64,000 bases of DNA from Gammaproteobacteria bacterium (GCA_020845975.1 JADLET010000077.1:13721-77720); one strand, 5' to 3'; shown: positions 47,057 through 56,860, numbered from the stretch's first letter. Notes: generated from the letters alone by a model not told the origin. Numbers and translations are program-made.

Positions 47057-47247
47057 GAGAGGACGGTCTATCGTGGCTCCGATGTAAAGAATCTGTAATG
47101 TTACAGTTCTATGATGGCGTCCGCTTGCCCGCGACGCGCCCATCCCGGCGCAGGCGGCCGTATGCCGGGCGCGAAAGGGCGCTATACTAAAGTCATTTCC
47201 CATTGCTGCGGACGGGGCATTCGCGCGTCCGCCGGAGGTATATCAAC

Positions 47248-47979
47248 ATGGAAAGCATGTTCGGACACCATATCTCGGCCCAGTACAACGAGGAACTCGA
47301 GGACCTGCGCAATCGCGTGCTCAACATGGGCGGTCTGGTGGAACAGCAAATCGCCGATGCGGTTACCGCCCTTGTCGAGGGTGACGGTGAGCGTTGCGAA
47401 CAGGTTATCAACCGCGACGTCAACGTCAACTCAATGGAGGTCGAGATCGACGAGGAATGCACGCGCATTCTGGCGCGTCGTCAGCCTGCCGCCGGAGATC
47501 TGCGCCTGATCGTCGCGATCATCAAGACCATCACCGATCTGGAACGAATCGGTGACCAGGCGGAGAAGGTTGCCCGCATCGGTCTGCATCTGATGGAAAT
47601 GGAGCGGCCCAAGAACCGCTACATGGAGATCTATAATCTGGGCGAGCATGTCCGCCATATGATGCACCATACCCTCGATGTCTTCGCCCGCCTCGATCCC
47701 GAAGCCGCGCTGCAAGTGACGCGCGAGGACAAGAACATCGATAACGAATACGAGGGGGTCATGCGCCAGATGGTCACCTACATCATGGAGGACCCCCGCA
47801 CCATCCGCCGTTCGCTCGACATCATGTGGTCGCTGCGCGCGCTGGAGCGCATCGGCGATCACTCGAAGAATATCTGCGAATACGTGATCTATCTGGTGAA
47901 TGGAAAGGACGTGCGCCACCTGAGCCTGGAGCAGATGGAAAACGCCGTGCGATCCCGCTCAGGCAGGAAGGGCCAATAG
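47248..47979 (+). CDS. phoU: Phosphate signalling complex protein PhoU
   Basis: Two PhoU repeats with E/DxxxD metal-binding motifs; GGAGG RBS. No pstSCAB between phoR and phoU in this window. Confidence 0.9.
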   Translation: MESMFGHHISAQYNEELEDLRNRVLNMGGLVEQQIADAVTALVEGDGERCEQVINRDVNVNSMEVEIDEECTRILARRQPAAGDLRLIVAIIKTITDLERIGDQAEKVARIGLHLMEMERPKNRYMEIYNLGEHVRHMMHHTLDVFARLDPEAALQVTREDKNIDNEYEGVMRQMVTYIMEDPRTIRRSLDIMWSLRALERIGDHSKNICEYVIYLVNGKDVRHLSLEQMENAVRSRSGRKGQ

Positions 47980-49221
47980 TTCCGTCAGGTAGAGTCCGAG
48001 CGCCCCGGCCGCGAGGGTGAGGCCGAACACCGGCAATACCCTCCGTGCCATGTCCCGTCCCGCGATCGCGGCCGCCAGCGCCCCCTTGGCCGCTGTATTG
48101 ACCAGCGCCGCGATTACGATGCCGCGCACGGCGGGAGCGCCAGCGATGGTTTCCTGCGCCATCTGCGCCAGCGACAGCGTGATGGCGTCGACGTCGGTGA
48201 TGCCGGAGATGGCGGCGGCGACGTAGAGTCCTTCGTGGCCGAGCCATGCGTGCATCCCGTTCGCGAGCAGCATCACCAGCGCAAGCAGGACGCCGAACTT
48301 CAGCGCCGGCAGCAGCTTCATCGGATTGCCCAGTTCCAGCTTTGATTCCGGCGGGTCTTTGTCCCGCTGCCTGCCCAGCCACCAGGCGCCGAGGCTGGCG
48401 GCGCAGGCCATCAGCCCGAGCGGCGCGGCCAGCATCGGCAGCAGCGCGGCATTGATTACGGCGACCGTGGCCAGCATGCGCGGGAGCATGACCGCCGAGG
48501 CCAGCACGATTCCGGCAGCGAGGACGCCGTCAGTGTGGTGCTCGCGCGCGAGACGCGAGAAGGTCAGCGTCGTCAGGGTGGAGGAGACCAGGCCGCCAAG
48601 CAGGCCGGTCAGCAGCACACCGCGCCGTGTGCCGGCCCACTTGATCGCCACATAGCCGGCGAATGACAGCGCGGCGATGAGGATGACCATCCACCAGATT
48701 CGGTAGGGGTTGAGGGCCTGCCATGGCCCATAGCCCTTGTCCGGCAGCGCGGGCAGCACGACCACGGAGATCAGCAACAGTTTGATGACCGCCGTGAGAT
48801 CCTGGAATTCCAGGCGGAGCAGCCAGCGGTGCAGCACCGGCTTGAGACTGAGCAGTGTCGTGGTGAGTACCGCGCCGGCGGCGGCGACCGCGACTTGGCC
48901 TAGCACTGCGAGGGCGCCGAGCGTGAAGGTCACCAGCGCGGCGACCACGGTGGTGATGCCGAGGTCGCGGTTGCGGCGCACGTCCTCCCGGTGCGCGAGG
49001 ATCATCAGCACGGCCAGCACCGCGAAAGCGAGGCCGAGCACCAGCGCGCCGAGCTGCTCCGCCAGCACCGCCCACAGGCCGCCGAGGAAACCGATCAGCC
49101 CGAAGGTGCGCAGGCCGGCGATGCGCGAGCCTTCCGGCGCGGCGCGCTCCTGCCAGCCGCGCTCGAGACCGATCAGCAGGCCGATGGAGAGCGAGACGGC
49201 GAGCTTAAGGAAGAGGTCCAT
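47959..49221 (-). CDS. MgtC/SapB-family N-domain plus DUF4010 membrane protein
   Basis: N-terminal LLIGLERGW...GLRTFGLIG motif of MgtC-like proteins; ~10 TM segments. Overlaps phoU convergently by 20 bp. Confidence 0.7.
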   Translation of the reverse strand: MDLFLKLAVSLSIGLLIGLERGWQERAAPEGSRIAGLRTFGLIGFLGGLWAVLAEQLGALVLGLAFAVLAVLMILAHREDVRRNRDLGITTVVAALVTFTLGALAVLGQVAVAAAGAVLTTTLLSLKPVLHRWLLRLEFQDLTAVIKLLLISVVVLPALPDKGYGPWQALNPYRIWWMVILIAALSFAGYVAIKWAGTRRGVLLTGLLGGLVSSTLTTLTFSRLAREHHTDGVLAAGIVLASAVMLPRMLATVAVINAALLPMLAAPLGLMACAASLGAWWLGRQRDKDPPESKLELGNPMKLLPALKFGVLLALVMLLANGMHAWLGHEGLYVAAAISGITDVDAITLSLAQMAQETIAGAPAVRGIVIAALVNTAAKGALAAAIAGRDMARRVLPVFGLTLAAGALGLYLTELLALPA

Positions 49222-49305
49222 CGATCCGGGGGCGTTCCTGTGCGGGAGGGGTGGGGATATCTAATCATCCCGGCCGTTCCGTGGCAATGCGCGGCGCGCC
49301 AGGGT

Positions 49306-51192
49306 TCACCAGTGCAGCGCGCGGTAGCGGGAGAACTTCTTGTATTGATGCTGCTGGAGGCGCGCGAGGATGTCGTCCAGCGCGTGCACCGACTGCAGTA
49401 CGTAGAGTCCCTTGTTGAGCATGACGCATTCCGCGCGCGCGGACATGGCGGCGTCGGTGAACTCGGCGCGGTTCATCGCGCCCTTCTGCGTCAGCGTCTC
49501 GAGCACCTGCGTTGCCCAGATGGCGGGGGTGTGCGCGGCCTCGCACAGCCACAGGATCTCCTCCTGGATCTCTGACATGCGCTCGCCGCCAAGCTCGACC
49601 GCGAGGTCGCCGCGCGCGATCATGACGCCGAACGGACAGCGCCCGATGGCGCCGAGGATCAGCTCGGGCAGGTTCATCACCGCGCGCCGCGTCTCGATCT
49701 TGGCGATGATGCCGAGCTGCAGCGCCCCGCGCCGGGTCAGCTCCCCGATCAGCTCCTCCATGTCGTCCAGGGTCTCCACGAAGGAGAATCCCACCATGTC
49801 CGCGATGCGGCACACGCTGTCGAGACAGGCGCGATCCTCCGCCGTGAGTCCCGACAGCCCGAGGTCCGCGCCCGGGAAATTGATGCCCTTGTCCGCGCGC
49901 AGGCGTGCGCCCGTCGGCCTGGCATGGGTGATGCGGACGAGGGCGCCGCCGGCGTCGACCGCTTCGACCACGCCGCCGATCTTGCCGTCGTCGAACCATA
50001 CCGGCTGGCCCGGAGCGAGGCGCGTCAGCACATGGGGATGGCTGCAGCCGATGACGGCCGGTTCCGGGCCGCGCGCGCCGGACGCGGCCGGGCGGCCCGG
50101 CGCGGATGCGGTGGACAGCAGCAGGCGGTCATCCCTGCGCAGACGGATCTCGACGTCCTCGGACGGGTGGCGGGTGAAGCGGTGGGGTTCGCCGATGTGG
50201 CGATAGTCGAGCCCGTCGCCCGTGCGCTCCAGCTGCAGCACGGTCTCGTCGGACAGATAGGCATTGTCCCAGCATTCGCCGCGCCAGCACCCCGCTTCGT
50301 CCCGCGCCAGCACGTTGATGGCCCGCGGCTTGCCACGGGTGTCGCGGAAGCTCAGCCGGTCGCCGTCCCGCAGGGCATCGCACAAATCCGTGGCGATGCT
50401 GAATCGATAGTGGCCGGCGGCGTCCGCGGGGATGCCGGAGCCGTCCGCGCACAGCAGCACCGCGGCGGGGGCGAGGGTACGGCCGTAGCGGTCGCGCCGG
50501 GTGCGCAGATGGACCACCGCGGGGATCTGTTCCACGGGGTCCGTGCGTAGCTTCGTGCCGGTGAGATCCATCAGGATGCGGCACTCGATCCCGGTCTCGG
50601 CCTGCGCGCGCCTGACGTTGCGCGCGAGCCTCTCCCAGACCTCCGGGCCGTCGTGGGCGCAGTTGATGCGCGCGCAGTTCATGCCGCCGGCGAGCAGCTC
50701 CCGGATCAGCGCATAATCCTCCGCCCCCTCCGCCGGCAGGGTGACCATGATGCGGGTGTAGCGCCGGGCCGCGCCGGCGCCGAAGATGCGCCGGGTATGT
50801 TCCGCCAGCAGGGCCTGGCCCGCCTGCGGACCGGGCGGGATGTCCGCCACGGTGTCCGCAGGCACGGCGCCGCCGAGCAGGCCGATGACCTGGTTGAGGG
50901 TCGGCAGCACGTGCGCCTCGCAGCGACCGAGCGAGGAGATCCCGATCTCCGCCAGCGCGTCCTGCAGCGGACGCAGGTCGAAGCGGCGCAGGGCGAGGTA
51001 GTGGGCGAGGTTGCGCGCGCTGGCGCTGTACGCACCGCCGGGGTAGCAGGCGCGGAACGGTTCAAGGCGCTGCGCGGCCTGCGCGATCACTTCCGCGTGC
51101 AATTCGATCAGCTGCCGGCGCAGCGACTCGCGCGATGTCTCTGCGGACGGTGAAGAGGCCGGCGCGGCGGGTGGGGCGGAATCCTGGCTCAT
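49306..51192 (-). CDS. Atypical pyruvate-kinase-family protein (PK barrel, ~190-aa N-terminal extension, no C-terminal regulatory domain)
   Basis: PK motifs RRYTRIMVTLP...GMNCARINCAHD, signature IIAKIETRRAV and MIARGDLAVELG. Start at MSQDSAPP...; the upstream extension in the track is not supported. Confidence 0.65.
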   Translation of the reverse strand: MSQDSAPPAAPASSPSAETSRESLRRQLIELHAEVIAQAAQRLEPFRACYPGGAYSASARNLAHYLALRRFDLRPLQDALAEIGISSLGRCEAHVLPTLNQVIGLLGGAVPADTVADIPPGPQAGQALLAEHTRRIFGAGAARRYTRIMVTLPAEGAEDYALIRELLAGGMNCARINCAHDGPEVWERLARNVRRAQAETGIECRILMDLTGTKLRTDPVEQIPAVVHLRTRRDRYGRTLAPAAVLLCADGSGIPADAAGHYRFSIATDLCDALRDGDRLSFRDTRGKPRAINVLARDEAGCWRGECWDNAYLSDETVLQLERTGDGLDYRHIGEPHRFTRHPSEDVEIRLRRDDRLLLSTASAPGRPAASGARGPEPAVIGCSHPHVLTRLAPGQPVWFDDGKIGGVVEAVDAGGALVRITHARPTGARLRADKGINFPGADLGLSGLTAEDRACLDSVCRIADMVGFSFVETLDDMEELIGELTRRGALQLGIIAKIETRRAVMNLPELILGAIGRCPFGVMIARGDLAVELGGERMSEIQEEILWLCEAAHTPAIWATQVLETLTQKGAMNRAEFTDAAMSARAECVMLNKGLYVLQSVHALDDILARLQQHQYKKFSRYRALHW

Positions 51193-51240
51193 TGGTTTCC
51201 AAGACAAAGACTTATCAAACTGGTCGATGCTAACACGCCT

Positions 51241-51260
51241 CTGTCGCACTTGTGTTACAG
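51241..51260 (+). promoter_or_regulatory. Weak Pho-box-like direct repeat in the divergent promoter region between the PK-like and CYTH-CHAD genes
   Basis: CTGTCGC-ACTT-GTGTTAC with 11-bp periodicity. Weak match to the CTGTCAT consensus. Confidence 0.2.
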
Positions 51261-51527
51261 CGCCGCAGCGGGCGTTTTCCTTGCAAGAAACGCCTGTTTC
51301 TTGCACACTTGGCGGCGGAGAACACTTCCGACGACCCCGTCGCTGACTCGCAAACGGATTTCCACCTGAGACAAGACCGCCGCCCGGGATTGGCAGGCAG
51401 CGGTGTAGCGGTAATTTCATCCTCGTTCCAGCCGTATCGGGACTAGGTTACCGCATGGTCCGTGCGCAGAGTCGTCACTGTGGAAGAGTTGATGCAACGG
51501 GGCTGCCGTTTTCTGGCCGGAACGTTT

Positions 51528-53090
51528 ATGTCTTTAAATAGCTATCAGTACATCATGCCGCGCGGCATAAACGCCGAGGGTCTGGCGGAAATCTTGCGCG
51601 GCCACGGCCTGCGACTCGAGCTGCAACCCTCCATCGTAACCGAGCGGGAATTCTACGACACATTCGATTGGCGTCTGTACGCCGGCGGATTCGTGTTCTT
51701 CATCGATCGTTCCCAGGAAGGCGCGCGACTGCATCTGCGCGCACTCGCCGATAGTCTCAACGTCGTAAGTATCGCCGCGCAAGAAGTCCCGGGTTTCGCC
51801 CATGAACTGCCCGCAGGCCCCCTGCGCAACCGCCTGTTACCTCTGGTGGAGTCACGACGTCTGCTCGATATCGCGTCGCTCAAGTGTGCCAGTCGCTGTT
51901 TCAATGTGCTGGACGAGGAAAGCAAGACGGTGGCGCGCGTGTTCATCGAGCGGCACAGCGTGGTGACCGGCGAGGGCGCTCGCCGGCTTGGCCTCGGCGA
52001 GCGTCTGGTGGTGGCGCCGGTGCGAGGATATCCCGAAGCCTTGCAGCAGTTGCGCGCCCTGTTCGAGCATCAGTTGGGGCTGGTCCGCCTGAACGGAACC
52101 GCTCTGGAGGAGGCCCTGGGTGCGCTCGGTCGTCACCCGCTCGATTATTCCTCGAAGCTGCGCATACCGCTCCACACGAATATCCCCGCGGGGGAGGCTG
52201 CGCGCCGCATCCTTGCTGTCCTGCTCGACACCATCGAATCCAACGAGGACGGCGTGCGCCAGGATCTCGATCTCGAATTCCTGCATGACCTGCGTGTCGC
52301 GGTGCGCCGTGCGCGTTCCCTGCTGGGACAGATGAAGGGAGGATTGCCGCGTCCTTGTGTGCACTATCGCCAGGAATTCGCCTGGATCGGACGCTCGACC
52401 GGGGCGGTGCGCGATCTCGATGTACAGATGCTCGAGTTTCCTGCCCATGCCGCCGCGCTGGGTCCGGGCGGCATGAGCGATCTCGAACCATTACGCGAGG
52501 TGATGCGAGCCCAGCGCAGCCGGGAACGCTGCGGCCTGCTCGAGACTCTGGCCTCGCCGCGTTACCGCCGGCTCAAGAAGGACTGGCGCGCCCTGCTGGA
52601 ATCGGAGGACGCCACGGTGTGGGCCGCGACAGAGGAGGCGCGCCAGCCCGCGCTCGCGCTGGCTTCCGCCATGATCAGACATCGTTACCACAAGGTCTTC
52701 AAGGTGGGCTCAGGGCTGACGCCTGAGTCTTCCGACACCGATATGCATCGCTTGCGCACGCAGTGCAAGAAGTTGCGCTACCTGCTGGAATTCTTCGCGG
52801 CCCTGTTTCCGCGTGACGACATCAAGCATCTGGTCAAGCCGCTGAAGGGGTTACAGGATAACCTGGGGGGATTTCAGGATCTCGGCGTGTTGCTGGAGGC
52901 GCTGCCTGCTTATGCAGAGAAGCTGAATGGCGGCGAGCGTGCCAGTCGCGCCCGCAACGCACTCGGCCCATTGATGGAGCATCTGCTCCAGCGCAAGGAA
53001 GAGGTGCGCGCTGAATTCGCGACGGTATGGGCGAAGTTCGTCCATCAGCAGCACCAGAATCGCTTCAACAAGTTATTCGGTTCGGACTGA
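51528..53090 (+). CDS. CYTH (triphosphate tunnel) plus CHAD domain protein
   Basis: C-terminal CHAD helical bundle with the diagnostic basic motifs (LHDLRVAVRRARSLL; LRTQCKKLRYLLEFF); N-terminal CYTH-like region. Start uncertain (51462/51528/51558). Confidence 0.75.
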   Translation: MSLNSYQYIMPRGINAEGLAEILRGHGLRLELQPSIVTEREFYDTFDWRLYAGGFVFFIDRSQEGARLHLRALADSLNVVSIAAQEVPGFAHELPAGPLRNRLLPLVESRRLLDIASLKCASRCFNVLDEESKTVARVFIERHSVVTGEGARRLGLGERLVVAPVRGYPEALQQLRALFEHQLGLVRLNGTALEEALGALGRHPLDYSSKLRIPLHTNIPAGEAARRILAVLLDTIESNEDGVRQDLDLEFLHDLRVAVRRARSLLGQMKGGLPRPCVHYRQEFAWIGRSTGAVRDLDVQMLEFPAHAAALGPGGMSDLEPLREVMRAQRSRERCGLLETLASPRYRRLKKDWRALLESEDATVWAATEEARQPALALASAMIRHRYHKVFKVGSGLTPESSDTDMHRLRTQCKKLRYLLEFFAALFPRDDIKHLVKPLKGLQDNLGGFQDLGVLLEALPAYAEKLNGGERASRARNALGPLMEHLLQRKEEVRAEFATVWAKFVHQQHQNRFNKLFGSD

Positions 53091-53103
53091 CTTAGGAGAT
53101 TCA

Positions 53104-53853
53104 ATGAAGGTAATCGCCTGTTACAGCATCAAGGGCGGAGTGGGTAAGACGGCCTCCACGGTGAATCTGTCGTATCTGTCGGCGCGGGAAGGCTTCCGCA
53201 CCCTGATTTGGGACCTCGATCCGCAGGGGGCATCGAGTTTCTATTACCGCATACGTCCCACGGTAGGCCTGGGAGCGGCGGGTTTGGTTCGCGATGAGCT
53301 CACGCTCGACAAGGTCATCAAGGGCACCGACTACGATAACCTCGATCTGGTGCCGTCGGACTTTTCCTATCGTAATATGGATCTGTTCCTGGATGGCGAG
53401 AAGAAGCCGAAACAGCGCGTGGAGAAGCTGCTGAAGCCGCTGGAGGAGGTTTATGACTATGTCTTCCTCGATTGCCCGCCGGGCATCTCGCTGCTGTCGG
53501 AGAATGTCTTTATGGCGGCTGATGTGCTGCTGGTGCCGCTGATTCCAACTACGCTATCGCTGCGCACGCTGGACCAGCTGGTCCAGTTCTGTCAGCAGGA
53601 GGGGTTGAACGATTTCAGTGTGCTTCCGTTTTTCACCATGGTCGACGCGCGCAAGGTGCTGCATCGCCGCATCGTCGAAGAACTTCCGAAGCGTATGCCG
53701 AGCGTGCTCACCAACCACATTCCGTACAGCAGCGAGATCGAACAAATGGGGCTGCGTCGGGCGCCTGTGAACATCTTCGCCGGACACACCCGGCCGGCTC
53801 ACTGCTATGAAGACCTGTGGTGGGAGATCAAGGTTCGGCTCGAATGGCTGTAG
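53104..53853 (+). CDS. ParA/MinD-family ATPase (orphan ParA-like)
   Basis: Deviant Walker A SIKGGVGKTA, Walker A' (WDLDPQG) and Walker B (FLDCPPG). 249 aa. 11 bp downstream of the CHAD gene. Confidence 0.8.
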   Translation: MKVIACYSIKGGVGKTASTVNLSYLSAREGFRTLIWDLDPQGASSFYYRIRPTVGLGAAGLVRDELTLDKVIKGTDYDNLDLVPSDFSYRNMDLFLDGEKKPKQRVEKLLKPLEEVYDYVFLDCPPGISLLSENVFMAADVLLVPLIPTTLSLRTLDQLVQFCQQEGLNDFSVLPFFTMVDARKVLHRRIVEELPKRMPSVLTNHIPYSSEIEQMGLRRAPVNIFAGHTRPAHCYEDLWWEIKVRLEWL

Positions 53854-53862
53854 GGCCCATTT

Positions 53863-53980
53863 GGGGGGGATTTATTTTTTGTCCGCGCTCGCTTATTAGT
53901 GGGGACGGATTTATTTTTGCAAACTAATTCGTATCTACTAAGCCGATCTTCTTAAAATAAATCTGTCCCCAATTAGTGGG
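53863..53980. repeat. Composite REP-like element (family 2) with nested direct repeats
   Basis: ggggacggatttatttttgc ... aaaataaatctgtcccc inverted repeat (53901..53970), preceded by the partial copy ggggggatttattttttgtcc and flanked by attagtggg direct repeats. Confidence 0.7.
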
Positions 53981-53991
53981 AGGGTGGTGGC

Positions 53992-54510
53992 ATGACGACG
54001 CGGACCCTGCTTATCTTGCGTCACGCCAAATCGGATAGTGACGGAGATGTCGTCGATGATTTCGCGCGTCCACTCTCGGCGCGCGGGCGGCGTGATGCGC
54101 CGCGCATGGGTCAGTGGCTGCGTACCCACGGATTGAGGCCCGACCTTGTGTTGAGTTCGCCCGCGCTGCGCGCGCGGCAGACGACGGAGGCGGTACTGGA
54201 AGCGCTCGATCTGCCGGGCGACCGTCTCCGTTTTGATGACCGGCTGTATCTTGCCGAGGTCGATACCCTGCTCGCGGTGATCGCCGAATGTCCGGTCCGT
54301 ACCGGCGTGCTGCTGCTGGTGGGGCACAATCCGGGTCTGGAGGAACTGCTGGAGCAGCTCAGCGCCGAGGCGCCGCCGCGTAATACCGCAGGCAAGTTGC
54401 TCACCGCGGGCGCCCTGGCGCGCCTGTCGATGCGCCAGGCATGGAAGCACCCGGCGCCGCACGGCGCCGCTCTGATTGACCTGATCCGTCCGCGCGAGCT
54501 GGACGATTGA
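53992..54510 (+). CDS. sixA: Phosphohistidine phosphatase SixA (histidine phosphatase superfamily)
   Basis: RHAKS catalytic motif near the N-terminus (LLILRHAKSD) and conserved His near the C-terminus (LLLVGHNPG). Confidence 0.75.
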   Translation: MTTRTLLILRHAKSDSDGDVVDDFARPLSARGRRDAPRMGQWLRTHGLRPDLVLSSPALRARQTTEAVLEALDLPGDRLRFDDRLYLAEVDTLLAVIAECPVRTGVLLLVGHNPGLEELLEQLSAEAPPRNTAGKLLTAGALARLSMRQAWKHPAPHGAALIDLIRPRELDD

Positions 54511-54520
54511 ATGCGAGAGC

Positions 54521-54592
54521 GGGGACGGATTTGCTATGTGCAAAGTAGCCCGAATTTACCAACCCGGATGACTTGAAAATAAATCCGTCCCC
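54521..54592. repeat. REP-like inverted repeat ggggacggattt ... aaataaatccgtcccc (family 2)
   Basis: 13-16 bp arms identical to the other family-2 copies, 45-nt loop, directly after the sixA stop. Followed by a ~320 bp lower-GC promoter region. Confidence 0.75.
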
Positions 54593-54983
54593 ATTTTTCT
54601 CATATCCTCCATTTTGTCTCGTTCGGTTTCCTGATTACTTTAAATGCATGCCCCTGTGCCATGCGGTAATGCGCGCCAGATCATGGGCGCATGATGTTTC
54701 CGTTTTTTCTGCACGATTCTCCCACAATTAAATGATTTGATGTCCTGGTTGATGCGAGGTCCGGCGCTGTTGTGCGGACTTCGCAAGGGAACCCCTGGCG
54801 CATGGTCATCGTCTGCCAGATATCCGTGACATCCTCTCAGGTGGGTCGAGCTTTGGTGATGCGAAATATTCTTGTCCTGTTTGTCCCGGGCATCCCTCGC
54901 ATGTCCCTTCGGAGTTGGTTGGCTGGGCGCGTTATGGAGGGCGCTCCGGCCGCGGCATGTGCCCGCGCCCCTTGGGGTTCTCA

Positions 54984-56774
54984 ATGAATCCGTACAGGCA
55001 GTTGCCCGCGCACGCCTTCTGGAAGACGGCCATCGCCCAAAGAAGTATGTTCGATATCGACCAGCTCTGGGCGCCAAAATTCAGCCTGTCCCGGGATGAC
55101 AAGGTCGTTACCTTCGGATCATGTTTCGCTCAGCATATAGGGAACGCGCTCATCAATCGGGGCTTCAACTGGTATGCCGCCGAGGCGCCTCCGCCGGGTC
55201 TGTCAGCGGAGGAAGCAAAACAATGGAATTACAATATATTCTCGGCGCGGACGGGGAATATCTATACGACGTCGTTGCTGAGGCAGTGGACGGAGTGGGC
55301 TCTGGACAGGCGGGAGATGCCATCGGAGGTGTGGGCGGTTGACGGCCGTTTTTTTGATCCGTTCCGTCCCGCGATCGAGCGGGGCGGGTTCTCTGACATC
55401 GACGGACTCAGACGGTCGCAGCGCGCAACCCTGGGCTCATTTCGCAACTGCATCGAGCGGGCGGATTATTTTGTCTTCACGCTTGGTCTGACAGAAAGCT
55501 GGTTTAACAGGGACGAGCTATACGAATATCCTGCATGCCCGGGCACCGTCGCGGGAACATTTGATACGCTGAGGCACCAGTTTATCAACCAGAATTTCGA
55601 AACGGTCAGGGGGAACCTGGTCGCGGCGTTTGATTTGATGAAGGAAGTCAACGCGGGTTTGAGAGTAATTCTGACCGTCTCGCCGGTGCCGTTGACGGCG
55701 ACAAATTCGGGCAGACATGTCCTCGTGGCGACGATGGCCTCGAAATCCATATTATGCGCCGTGGCCGATGAGGTGGCGGCTCACAGCCCGTACGTAGATT
55801 ATTTTCCGTCCTACGAGATCATTAGCAGCCCGGTATTCAGGGGAATATATTTCGAACCAAACCAGCGTAATGTTAGTCCCCACGGCGTCGATTTCGTGAT
55901 GGATCATTTTTTTTCAGCTATGGCGTGTTCGACCGGGGGCATGCGCGGGAAAGATGCGCCCCTGTCGCGCGACAGATTTGATCCTGACTGCGAGGAGGCG
56001 TTGCTTGAGTCCTTTAATGGCGCCAAACCCGGTCCATTGTTGCAGGAAAGGCAACTGGTCGTCCTGGGGAACAGCCATCTGGCGGGCGTCAAGGATGCGC
56101 TTTCGGCGAGGCAGCCACCGGTCGTCGGGATTGCCTATGTGCCGAGCTCCTGGTTGAAAATCTCGATCCAGGATTTGATCCGGGTCAATAAGCTGACGGA
56201 GTTTTCCTTCAGTGAGGATTATGCCTATGCGATTGACGGCGTTCGCATACAGCGTCCCGAGACACTGGTGCTCGTTGGCTTTGGTCTGGCGGGTGACGGG
56301 ATCATTCGTGCGCATGGCGTTCTGAAGGCGGGATTTGTCGGCTGCGCTGGCGTGGATATAAGTCCGGCTATCCCGCTCATCAAAGAAATCGACATGAACG
56401 TGGTGGATTTCTACAAAAAATCTGTCCGGATCATGCTGGGCTTCGCGAAGTTGATCGAGGAAGAAACGCCTTACAAGAAGGTTATCTGGATCGCTTCGCC
56501 CGACATGGCGGTGCATTCGGCGGCGTTCAGATTTGGCCGCGAGTTTGTTGACAGCGGCGCCTATAAATTGCACAAACGCGCATATATGGAGGCGTTCACG
56601 GAGGAAAATACCTCGCTTCATCGGACACGGTTCATTTTTCATGCGGACGAAAAATGTTGCGACAGGACAGGATTCAGTTTGAATGTCTATGGTGCGTCAA
56701 GCAATGACTGGGATATACATTGCAATAAGGAATACTACGCGGATACCGCCGAGAGGCTGATTGAATTGATATAA
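54984..56774 (+). CDS. GSCFA-family (SGNH-hydrolase-like) two-domain protein
   Basis: Diagnostic VVTFGSCFAQH motif in the N-domain; the C-terminal ~300 aa begin with a second SGNH-block-I-like LVVLGNSH. GC clearly below the core. Confidence 0.7.
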   Translation: MNPYRQLPAHAFWKTAIAQRSMFDIDQLWAPKFSLSRDDKVVTFGSCFAQHIGNALINRGFNWYAAEAPPPGLSAEEAKQWNYNIFSARTGNIYTTSLLRQWTEWALDRREMPSEVWAVDGRFFDPFRPAIERGGFSDIDGLRRSQRATLGSFRNCIERADYFVFTLGLTESWFNRDELYEYPACPGTVAGTFDTLRHQFINQNFETVRGNLVAAFDLMKEVNAGLRVILTVSPVPLTATNSGRHVLVATMASKSILCAVADEVAAHSPYVDYFPSYEIISSPVFRGIYFEPNQRNVSPHGVDFVMDHFFSAMACSTGGMRGKDAPLSRDRFDPDCEEALLESFNGAKPGPLLQERQLVVLGNSHLAGVKDALSARQPPVVGIAYVPSSWLKISIQDLIRVNKLTEFSFSEDYAYAIDGVRIQRPETLVLVGFGLAGDGIIRAHGVLKAGFVGCAGVDISPAIPLIKEIDMNVVDFYKKSVRIMLGFAKLIEEETPYKKVIWIASPDMAVHSAAFRFGREFVDSGAYKLHKRAYMEAFTEENTSLHRTRFIFHADEKCCDRTGFSLNVYGASSNDWDIHCNKEYYADTAERLIELI

Positions 56775-56860
56775 CCAGTCAGCCGGGTTCCCGCTCATCG
56801 AGTCGGGACGGGGCATATTTGTTTTCACAAAACAGCCCGGATCAGCCAGCCCTGATTCCT

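Noticed and set aside
51462-51527. Upstream start MRRVVTVEELMQRGCRFLAGTF for the CYTH-CHAD gene
   Set aside because: No RBS, and the region is probably the promoter or 5' UTR. A downstream ATG at 51528 was chosen instead, though this remains uncertain.
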